Made by a program: the position numbers and the translations under genes. 41,839 nucleotides of DNA from Candidatus Bipolaricaulota bacterium (lineage in GTDB: Bacteria > Bipolaricaulota > Bipolaricaulia > UBA7950 > UBA9294). The notes under the pieces are model-generated. The model had not been told where the DNA came from. It made no database searches and saw only the letters and a program-made list of their open reading frames with translations. Shown here in pieces: positions 25,885-34,890 of the stretch; the stretch's first letter is position 1, and every line of letters starts with the position of its first letter. The DNA lies in contig JBFYRA010000149.1 of assembly GCA_041302485.1 (NCBI GenBank), positions 1 to 41,839 of the forward strand, given 5' to 3'.

Positions 25885-25901
25885 CGCGGCAGGAGGGAGC
25901 C

Positions 25902-26468
25902 ATGCGAGCGTTCTTTTGCCTTCCGCTTGACGAGGACGTGCGCGCGGCGATCGGCCGCGTGGCGGAGCGCATCCAGAGACAGGTCCAGATGGCGGCGACC
26001 TGGGTCGAGCCGGCGAACTATCACGTGACCTTGCGATTCCTCGGGGACATCGATCCGGAGTTGACGGTCGAGCTGCGAGACCTCGCGGTGCGCGCGGCCG
26101 CTCTCACTGCACCATTGTCGCTCTCGCTGCGGGATGTGGGGGGATTCCCGACGCTCGAACGGGCCCGCGTCCTGTGGGTCGGCGGGGAGACTCCGGCCGC
26201 GTTCCACAGCCTTGCCGAAACGCTCGAGTACGGGCTGCGCGAGCTTGGGTTTCCCGCAGAGGCGAAGCCCGCGGTGAGCCATGTGACGATCGCTCGCCTG
26301 AAAGGCATGCCGGATCGGCGGCTGGCCGAGATCGTGGAGCGCGTCGGGCGCGTCGCGGTGCGTGAAGTCCAGCCAAGGGCCGTCGTGCTGATGCAGAGCG
26401 AGCTCGATCCGCGCGGCGCACGCTACACGCCAGTGTTCTCGGTGGGGATCCCTAATGGACAGAGCTGA
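25902..26468 (+). CDS. thpR: RNA 2',3'-cyclic phosphodiesterase (2H phosphoesterase, LigT/ThpR family)
   Basis: Two H-x-T-x motifs are present (YHVTLRF and SHVTIAR), with the typical 188-aa length. AGGAGGGA lies upstream of the ATG. Confidence 0.85.
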   Translation: MRAFFCLPLDEDVRAAIGRVAERIQRQVQMAATWVEPANYHVTLRFLGDIDPELTVELRDLAVRAAALTAPLSLSLRDVGGFPTLERARVLWVGGETPAAFHSLAETLEYGLRELGFPAEAKPAVSHVTIARLKGMPDRRLAEIVERVGRVAVREVQPRAVVLMQSELDPRGARYTPVFSVGIPNGQS

Positions 26469-26892
26469 CGAGGGATACACCTACGTCGACCACACGGCGG
26501 ATATGGCGGTCCGCGCGTGGGGGCCGACGCCCGGAGCCGCGTTCGCTGCCGCCGGGCGCGCGCTGACCGAAGCGATGGTCAACCTCGAGCGCGTGGACGG
26601 CCGCGTTCGGCGCGAGTTCGCGGCACGGGCCGACTCGCTCGAACTCCTGCTGGTTGACTGGCTCGCCGGATTGGTGGCGGAGAAGGACACGTCGGGACTC
26701 GTCTTCTCACGTTTTCGGGTGGAGACGCATGTCGGCGCGGGCGGCGCGTCGTTGCGTGCATCGGCGTGGGGAGAGCCGCTTGACCCGGAGCGCCACGAGG
26801 CCCGAACTGAGGTGAAGGGGATCAGCCTTCTGGGCCTATGCGTGCGCCGTGACGGCGCACGCTGGGTCGTCGAGTACGTGGCCGACGTCTAG
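26455..26892 (+). CDS. Archease (RtcB activator)
   Basis: The N-terminal YTYVDHTADMAVRAWG and EVKGISL are present, at 145 aa. It overlaps thpR by 14 nt. Confidence 0.9.
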   Translation: MDRADEGYTYVDHTADMAVRAWGPTPGAAFAAAGRALTEAMVNLERVDGRVRREFAARADSLELLLVDWLAGLVAEKDTSGLVFSRFRVETHVGAGGASLRASAWGEPLDPERHEARTEVKGISLLGLCVRRDGARWVVEYVADV

Positions 26893-26901
26893 GAGGACGG
26901 C

Positions 26902-28362
26902 GTGGACGAGTCGGATCGCCTGGTGGAGGTGGGCCCCGCGGAGTGGGAGCTTCCGGTGCACGATGCGATGCGCGTGCCGGGGCGGATCTTCGCCGACCGC
27001 GAGACGATCGCGCAGCTACGCCAAGAAGAGGCCGGGGAGTCCCAGTGGAGCGCCGTCCGGCAGATCAAGCACGTCGCGTCGCTTCCCGGCATTGTCTCGG
27101 CGGCGATCGCGCTTCCCGATGTCCATCCCGGGTACGGGTTTCCGATCGGCGGCGTTGCGGCGTTCGATCTTGCGGAGGGCGTGGCGGTGGTCGGCGGCGT
27201 CGGCTTCGACATCAACTGCGGCGTTCGCGTCCTGCGCACGCCGCTGCGTCGCGCCGATGTGTCGGCGGAGATCGAGCGGATCGGCGAAGACCTCTTCCGG
27301 ACTGTGCCCGCCGGGCTCGGCTCGTCGGGCAGCTTGCGGCTGTCGATCCCCGAGATCGATCGCGTCCTCGAGGAGGGGGCTGCCTACGTCGTACGTCAGG
27401 GCTATGGTCCAGCTCGGGACCTCGAGTACATCGAAGAGGGCGGACGCATCGGAGGCGCGGACCCGAGCGCCGTCAGCGTGCTGGCGAAGCAACGGGAGTT
27501 CAAGCAGGTCGGGACGCTCGGGTCAGGCAACCACTACCTCGAGGTGCAGTGCGTCGACCGCGTCCTCGATGCGGAGGCGGCGGCCGCGTACGGTCTGTTC
27601 GAAGGCCAGGTCGTCGTCGCCATTCACACCGGATCGCGCGCTCTCGGCCACCAGATCGGCCAGGACTCCCTGAAGGAGCTCGGAGCAGCCGCGGCTCGCT
27701 ACGGGATCTCGATTCCTGACCAGGAGATGGTGTGTGCGCCGATCCGCAGCCCCGAGGGCCGACGGTACCTCTCGCTGGTCGCGGCCGGCGCGAACTGTGC
27801 GTTTGCCAATCGGCAGATGATCGCCCATCTCGTGCGCGTTTCGCTGGGCCGAAGCTGCGGGCTCGATGCGCGCGATGTCGAGACGGTCTACGACATCGGG
27901 CACAACAACGCCAAGCTCGAGGAGCACGATGTCGAGCGGGAGCGGCGGACGCTGCTCGTCCACCGCAAGGGGGCAACGCGCGCGTTCGCCTCGGGACGAT
28001 CCGAGGCTCCGCCGAGCTACCGCGGTGTCGGCCACCCGATCTTCGTCGGAGGCACGATGGGGACGGCATCGTACGTGCTTCGGGGGACGGAGGTCGGCAT
28101 GTCGCGGGCCTTCGGCAGCGGCATCCATGGGGCCGGCCGGGCGCTGTCGCGCAAGAAGGCAGCGAAGAAATACTGGGGCGCGGACGTGATCTCGGCGCTG
28201 CGTCGCGAGGGAATCCGGGTTTGGGCGCATGACGCGCGCGGCGCAGCCGAGGAAGCGCCCGGAGCCTACAAGGACGTGGAACGCGTCGTCGCCGCGGCGG
28301 AGGCGTCGGACCTGAACCGTCGAGTGGCGCGGCTGCGACCGCTGGCGGTCGTCAAGGGCTAG
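26902..28362 (+). CDS. rtcB: RNA-splicing ligase RtcB
   Basis: PDVHPGYGFPIGGV, GFDINCGVR, GSGNHYLEVQ, HTGSRALGHQ, GHNNA and RKGATRAF are present. The GTG start follows AGGAGG. Confidence 0.95.
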   Translation: MDESDRLVEVGPAEWELPVHDAMRVPGRIFADRETIAQLRQEEAGESQWSAVRQIKHVASLPGIVSAAIALPDVHPGYGFPIGGVAAFDLAEGVAVVGGVGFDINCGVRVLRTPLRRADVSAEIERIGEDLFRTVPAGLGSSGSLRLSIPEIDRVLEEGAAYVVRQGYGPARDLEYIEEGGRIGGADPSAVSVLAKQREFKQVGTLGSGNHYLEVQCVDRVLDAEAAAAYGLFEGQVVVAIHTGSRALGHQIGQDSLKELGAAAARYGISIPDQEMVCAPIRSPEGRRYLSLVAAGANCAFANRQMIAHLVRVSLGRSCGLDARDVETVYDIGHNNAKLEEHDVERERRTLLVHRKGATRAFASGRSEAPPSYRGVGHPIFVGGTMGTASYVLRGTEVGMSRAFGSGIHGAGRALSRKKAAKKYWGADVISALRREGIRVWAHDARGAAEEAPGAYKDVERVVAAAEASDLNRRVARLRPLAVVKG

Positions 28363-29663
28363 TCGGTGACCCGGCGGGCGAAGGTCCGCGTGTGTCGCAG
28401 GATGGCGCGGGCGAGCTTGTCGGGATCGTGCTTGACGGTCGTCTTGCCCTCCAAGTCTGCGATGCCGATCAGGTCTTCGCGGATCACACGGAGCCCGTAC
28501 TCGTTCGGCGTCGGGAGGTCGTCCTTGACCGGCTCGGCGGCTTCGCTTCGATACCCGGCGAGCACGGGATCCGCCGGTGGAGCGGAGTTTACGAGCAGGA
28601 CGTCGAATCCCCGAACTCGAATGTACGCGTCGAGCGCCCGCACGTGCTCGGCGAGGCCGAACCCGTCGGTCTCGCCGGGTTGAGTCATGAGGTTCGCCAC
28701 CAGCATCTTCTCGGCCGACGCGGACTCGACAGCCTCGGCGATCGAGTCGACGAGCAGATTCGGAACGAGACTCGTGAACAAGCTCCCGGGTCCGAGGATG
28801 ATCAAGTCAGCGTCGGCGATGGCCTCCAGCACGCGTTCGTACGCCGGGACGGGTGACGTGGACAACCAGAGGCGCTCGATGCGTCGTCCGCCGCGCCCGA
28901 TACGGCTCTCGCCTTCCACCGTTTCACCGTTCGCATAACCGGCGACCAGATGGGCCTTCGTCAGCGTGGCTGGAAGGACGCGGCCGCGTACGTTGAGGAA
29001 GTGACTCATCGCCTCGATCGCGCGATCGAATCCTCCGGTAGCCTGTTCCAGCCCGACGAGGACGAGGTTGCCGAGCGAGTGTCCGGCGATCTCCGGCGGA
29101 GCGTCGAAGCGATGCTGGAAGTAGTCGGATAGCCGCGTTTCGTCTTCGGCCAGTGCGAGCAGACAGTTGCGCACGTCGCCGGGCGGAAGCACGCCCACCT
29201 CCTCGCGCAAGCGGCCCGAGCTGCCTCCGTCGTCCATGACGGTGACCACGGCCGTGATGTTCGCGGTGACCTTCTTGAGGCCTCGAAGGAGCGTCGAGAG
29301 TCCCGTCCCGCCGCCGATCGCGACGACGCGCGGAGCGCGCTCGAGGACGCGCGTGCGGTAGACGGCCGAGGTCATCTTCTCATGCGAGCTCGGCGCGACG
29401 CCAAACGCGACCGACCGCACGAGACGGAGAATGGCAAAGAGGAAGGCTGCGATCCCGAGGACGAGGGCCGCGGCCGTGAGCCCATACCGGGCGGGCTGGG
29501 TGAGCGGGAACGAGCGGTAGAGGAAGCGCATGAGATCGATACCAAACGCGTAGAGCAATGCGAGGGTCAGGACGGCCATCGAGAGGAAGGCGAGTCCGAG
29601 CCATCGTTTCACGTGCATTCCGGGATACAGCCAGCGGAGAACGCCGCGCGGCCGCCAGGTCAT
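28359..29663 (-). CDS. yvcK: YvcK/CofD-family (UPF0052) gluconeogenesis-factor-like protein with an N-terminal membrane segment
   Basis: VVAIGGGTGLSTLLRGLK, DDGGSSGRLR and ILGPGSLFTS are present. There are two N-terminal hydrophobic helices. The ATGA overlaps the dnaE stop. Confidence 0.88.
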   Translation of the reverse strand: MTWRPRGVLRWLYPGMHVKRWLGLAFLSMAVLTLALLYAFGIDLMRFLYRSFPLTQPARYGLTAAALVLGIAAFLFAILRLVRSVAFGVAPSSHEKMTSAVYRTRVLERAPRVVAIGGGTGLSTLLRGLKKVTANITAVVTVMDDGGSSGRLREEVGVLPPGDVRNCLLALAEDETRLSDYFQHRFDAPPEIAGHSLGNLVLVGLEQATGGFDRAIEAMSHFLNVRGRVLPATLTKAHLVAGYANGETVEGESRIGRGGRRIERLWLSTSPVPAYERVLEAIADADLIILGPGSLFTSLVPNLLVDSIAEAVESASAEKMLVANLMTQPGETDGFGLAEHVRALDAYIRVRGFDVLLVNSAPPADPVLAGYRSEAAEPVKDDLPTPNEYGLRVIREDLIGIADLEGKTTVKHDPDKLARAILRHTRTFARRVTD

Positions 29664-32600
29664 CCCGCATCCTGTTCGGCGAGAGCCACGCCGACCACGC
29701 AGGCGAGGGCAGCAAGGGCCAGGCGCAGCGCTTGGGTGGGGGCAACGGAGAACTCGACGCCCGCCGAGACGACAACGGAGGAGTCTCCAGAGGCGTCGGC
29801 GACGCAGAGACGGACGGGCATTGGACCCGGATAGCGGTGCAACAGTGCGCAGACTTCCTCAAGAATCGCCGCATCCAGTCGCTCGCTGTCGAGGCGCAGG
29901 GACAGGCATACTGCGCTGTGCGCGGCGACCTCGGCGAGCGGGAACACCTCTTCGAGAGACACGCTGAGCTCACCGTTGCGCCGCCCGACCTGAATGTGTG
30001 TGCCGATGAGCGCGTCCACACAGAGGAGAGATCCTGCGGTCTCCAGCATGCGCGGGAACGCCGCAGCCTCGATCTGGGTCGCTCCATCCTCGAGCGTGAT
30101 GAACGCCATCTGGCCTCCGCGCCGGGTGTCAACTCGACGGACCGCCTGGATGCGCCCGCCGACAAGCGCGGATTGGCCGTCCGACAGGTCGGCCAGTTGG
30201 CGCAACGGAAGGCAATACGCGGCGAGAAGCTCTGCGTACTCGTCCAGCGGGTGCCCCGTGATGTAGAGGCCAAGGAGTTCCTTCTCGAATGCAAGCAGGT
30301 CGGCTCGTCCGAACTCGTCCTCCTGGACGACCGGATCGGCCGCCGAACCGGCGAGATCGTCGAACATCGAGCGCTGCCCGGTCGTTCGCTCGTGACGGGA
30401 CACCTGCATCAGTTCGAGACCCTCGGGAAGGTGGCGCAGGAGGCCGCGTCGTGTCGAGCCGAGGCGGTCAAAGACGCCGACGCGGACGAGGGCCTCGAGC
30501 GCTTCCCGATCGAGTCCGTCGGCGTCGATCCTGCGGCACATGTCGAAGAACGACGCGAACGGGCCGGCGGCGCGCGCCTTGAGTACGGCCTCAATGGCAT
30601 TCGTGCCGACATACTTGACCGCGCCAAGCCCGAAGCGGACGACACTGTCCCGTACAGGGGCGAACTCCTTCGTGCTTTCGTTGATGTCGGGCGGAAGGAC
30701 GGCGATGCCGAGTTGGCGGCACTCGCCGACGTACTCGGCGACCTTGACAGACTCTCCCTGAACACTCGTCAGGAGCCCGGCCATGAAGTGCGTCGGGTAA
30801 TGCGCCTTGAGGTATGCCGTCCAGTACGAGACGAAGGCATAGGCGGTGGAATGGGATTGGTTGAAGCCGTAGCGCGAGAACTTCTCCATGTCGTCGAACG
30901 TCGTGGCCGCGAGCTCCTGCGTGAGGCCGTTCGCGATGCAGCCCTGGACGAACTTCTCGCGCAGGCTGGCCATGATGTCCTTCTTCTTCTTTCCCATTGC
31001 CTTTCGCAGCGTGTCGGCTTCCGCAAGAGTGAACCCGGCGAGCTTCTGGGTCATCAGCATCAGCTGATCCTGATAGATCGGAAGCCCGAACGTGTCCTCG
31101 AGGATCTCGCGGATGCTCGGGTGCGCGTAGGTCACGGTGCGGCGGCCGTGGCGCCGCTCGACGTACTCGTCGGTCATGCCGCTCTCGAGCGGGCCGGGGC
31201 GATAGAGAGCGAGGAGGGCGATCAAGTCCTCGAAACGGTTTGGTTGCACTCGGCGGATAAGCCCGGTCATCCCCGAACCTTCGAGCTGGAAAATCCCGCC
31301 CGTCTTGCCGGAGCGGAGGAGCTCGTACGTCGGCTCGTCGTCAAGCGGAAGCGAGTCCAGGTCGAGGCGAACGCCGGCACGCGATCTCAGGAGCTCGAGC
31401 GTGTCCTGGATCAGGGTGAGGTTCCGCAGTCCGAGGAAGTCGATCTTCAGCAGGCCGATCGCCTCTACGTCGGTCATGTCGTACTGCGTGACGTACTCAT
31501 CTTCGCCGACGCGGAGCAGCGGCACGTGCTGAGCCAGCGCATCGGGGGCGATGACGACGCCGGCGGCGTGCGTCGAGATGTTTCGGGTCAGGTCTTCGAG
31601 TCGGAGCCCGATGTCGACGATCCGCCGCACATCGGGGTTCTCCTCGACCAGCGTTCGCAGTTCCGACACGTTGTCGACGGCGGCCTGCAGCCTAGACCCG
31701 AACGGAATGAGCTTCGCGATGCGATCAGTCTCCCCGTAGGGCAGGCCGAGCACGCGGCCGACGTCTCGGACGACGCTTTTCGCAGCCATGCGATCGTATG
31801 TCGCAATCTGCGCAATCCGTTCCCACCACTGGTCGCCACCGTACTTCGCTCGAACGTAGTCGATGACGCGGTCTCGCCCGCGGATGCAGAAGTCGATGTC
31901 GAAGTCCGGCATGCTGACGCGGTCCGGATTGAGGAAACGCTCGAAAATCAGGTGATAGCGCAGAGGATCGACGCCCGTGATTCCGAGCGCGTAGGACACG
32001 ATGCTTCCCGCCGCCGAGCCGCGTCCGGGCCCGACGGCGATTCCGTTCTCACGCGAGTAGCGGACGAAATCCCACACGATCAGGAAGTAGGTGCTGTACG
32101 CCATGGCGGCGATGACGCCGAGCTCGTACTCGAGTCGCTCTCTGACCGGAGGCGTGATCTCTCCGTACCGCTTCGCGGCTCCCGCAAACGCCAACTCCCG
32201 CAAGAAACTGTCCGGGTCGCCGGCGCCTTCCGGTAGCGGGAACGGCGGAGTCAGCGTGCGATCGAACTCGATCTCTACGCGGCACCGCTCGGCGATGGCC
32301 GCCGTGTTCTCGATCGCATCTGGGGTGTCGGCGAACAAGAGCTCCATCTCTTCCCCCGAGCGGAAGTGATACCCGTCGCCGTCGAAGGTGCGGTGCTCCG
32401 GATCGTCGAGGGTTCGGTTGGCGCGGATGTTGATCAGGACCTCGTGCGCGAGCTTGTCCTCCGTGTCGAGGTAGTGCGTGTCGTTCGTCGCAACGAGCGG
32501 CAGGTCGAGGCGGCGCGCCAGAGCGATGAGCTGACGACGAATCGCCGCGTCGCGCTCGGTGCCGTGGTGCTGGATCTCGATGTAGAACCGGCCGGGGCCG

Positions 32601-33100
32601 AACACTCGAGCGAACTCCCGAGCGACCCTGTCAGCCTCCGCGTCGCGACCCGCCTGCAGGAGCCGCGGGATCTCGCCCGACTCGCACGCCGAGAGCGCGA
32701 TGAGCCCGTCGGCATAGCGCGCCAGGAGTTCCTTGTCCGCGCGCGGGCGATAGTAGAAGCCCTCGGTGTGGGCCGCGCTCACGATCCGTAGCAGGTTGTG
32801 ATACCCGGCGTCGTTCTCGGCCAAGAGGACAAGATGGTAGTAGCGGTTTCCCTCAAGCGGCGAGCGGTCGCGTCGATCCCCTGGCGCGACGTAGATCTCG
32901 CAGCCGAGGATCGGATGGAGCCCCCGGGATCTCGCCTCGCGGTAGAACTTCACGATGCCGCTCATGACGCCGTGATCGGTCAGAGCGATAGCGCTCATCC
33001 CGAGACGGGACGCGCGGTCCACGAGGTCGGGAACACGGCACGACGAGTCCAGCACGCTGTACTCGGAGTGCACGTGAAGATGGACGAAGCGCGAGCTCAC
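29660..33100 (-). CDS. dnaE: DNA polymerase III alpha subunit
   Basis: PHP N-terminus is FVHLHVHSEYSVLD, and the protein has full DnaE length (1146 aa). The GTG start overlaps the ftsB stop as GTGA. Confidence 0.95.
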   Translation of the reverse strand: MSSRFVHLHVHSEYSVLDSSCRVPDLVDRASRLGMSAIALTDHGVMSGIVKFYREARSRGLHPILGCEIYVAPGDRRDRSPLEGNRYYHLVLLAENDAGYHNLLRIVSAAHTEGFYYRPRADKELLARYADGLIALSACESGEIPRLLQAGRDAEADRVAREFARVFGPGRFYIEIQHHGTERDAAIRRQLIALARRLDLPLVATNDTHYLDTEDKLAHEVLINIRANRTLDDPEHRTFDGDGYHFRSGEEMELLFADTPDAIENTAAIAERCRVEIEFDRTLTPPFPLPEGAGDPDSFLRELAFAGAAKRYGEITPPVRERLEYELGVIAAMAYSTYFLIVWDFVRYSRENGIAVGPGRGSAAGSIVSYALGITGVDPLRYHLIFERFLNPDRVSMPDFDIDFCIRGRDRVIDYVRAKYGGDQWWERIAQIATYDRMAAKSVVRDVGRVLGLPYGETDRIAKLIPFGSRLQAAVDNVSELRTLVEENPDVRRIVDIGLRLEDLTRNISTHAAGVVIAPDALAQHVPLLRVGEDEYVTQYDMTDVEAIGLLKIDFLGLRNLTLIQDTLELLRSRAGVRLDLDSLPLDDEPTYELLRSGKTGGIFQLEGSGMTGLIRRVQPNRFEDLIALLALYRPGPLESGMTDEYVERRHGRRTVTYAHPSIREILEDTFGLPIYQDQLMLMTQKLAGFTLAEADTLRKAMGKKKKDIMASLREKFVQGCIANGLTQELAATTFDDMEKFSRYGFNQSHSTAYAFVSYWTAYLKAHYPTHFMAGLLTSVQGESVKVAEYVGECRQLGIAVLPPDINESTKEFAPVRDSVVRFGLGAVKYVGTNAIEAVLKARAAGPFASFFDMCRRIDADGLDREALEALVRVGVFDRLGSTRRGLLRHLPEGLELMQVSRHERTTGQRSMFDDLAGSAADPVVQEDEFGRADLLAFEKELLGLYITGHPLDEYAELLAAYCLPLRQLADLSDGQSALVGGRIQAVRRVDTRRGGQMAFITLEDGATQIEAAAFPRMLETAGSLLCVDALIGTHIQVGRRNGELSVSLEEVFPLAEVAAHSAVCLSLRLDSERLDAAILEEVCALLHRYPGPMPVRLCVADASGDSSVVVSAGVEFSVAPTQALRLALAALACVVGVALAEQDAG

Positions 33101-33435
33101 GGCGAGTCCTCCTCGACGAAGAACACCTTCTCCTCACCCGGCTTCACGAGCCCGAGCCGGCTGCGGATCTCGTCCTCGAGTGCCTTGGCGTTCGTCGTCG
33201 ACGCGAGGTCGGCGCGGAGCTCTTTCTGTCGCGCCGCCGCGTCGGCCTGCTGGGTCTCAAGGCGCGCAGTCTCCCGCCGAAGGCCGGCCATCGCGACCTG
33301 GCGGCTGACGAAGACCGCGGTGATCGTACCGAACAGGACGACGACGCAGCCCACAGCCACCCAGCGTCGGCGACGGCCTCCGAGGCGATCGAGCAACCTC
33401 GCGATGCCACCCTTGGCCGTGCCCCAACCCCTCAT
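33097..33435 (-). CDS. ftsB: Septum formation initiator (FtsB/DivIC family)
   Basis: It has a single TM helix followed by a coiled coil, and the C-terminus is IRSRLGLVKPGEEKVFFV. It sits in the conserved position immediately downstream of eno. Confidence 0.75.
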   Translation of the reverse strand: MRGWGTAKGGIARLLDRLGGRRRRWVAVGCVVVLFGTITAVFVSRQVAMAGLRRETARLETQQADAAARQKELRADLASTTNAKALEDEIRSRLGLVKPGEEKVFFVEEDSP

Positions 33436-33463
33436 CGTGCCCTCCGCCGGCCGGCTTCTCGAT

Positions 33464-34796
<1,333 letters not shown>

Positions 34797-34830
34797 TCGG
34801 CAGAGGTGTCGGGAACCCTCGTCCTGCCTA

Positions 34831-34858
34831 TTGAATAGACGCCTGCCGCGGCTATCAT
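34831..34858 (+). promoter_or_regulatory. Candidate sigma70 promoter for alaS
   Basis: TTGAAT (34831-34836), a 16-nt spacer, then TATCAT (34853-34858). GAAGGAGAG and ATG 34891 follow. Confidence 0.5.
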
Positions 34859-34890
34859 TCTCCCATAAGACGGCCTCGAAGGAGAGCATC

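Noticed and set aside
8493-29663. A possible F420 biosynthesis set, made up of the CofE-like ligase, a nucleotidyltransferase as CofC, and the CofD-family gene at 28359-29663.
   Set aside because: The CofD-family gene has the YvcK signature and an eno-ftsB-dnaE operon context. The nucleotidyltransferase carries the LAAGMGSRFGG sugar-phosphate type motif rather than a CofC-like sequence. No cofG or cofH is present. The genes are also dispersed and on different strands.
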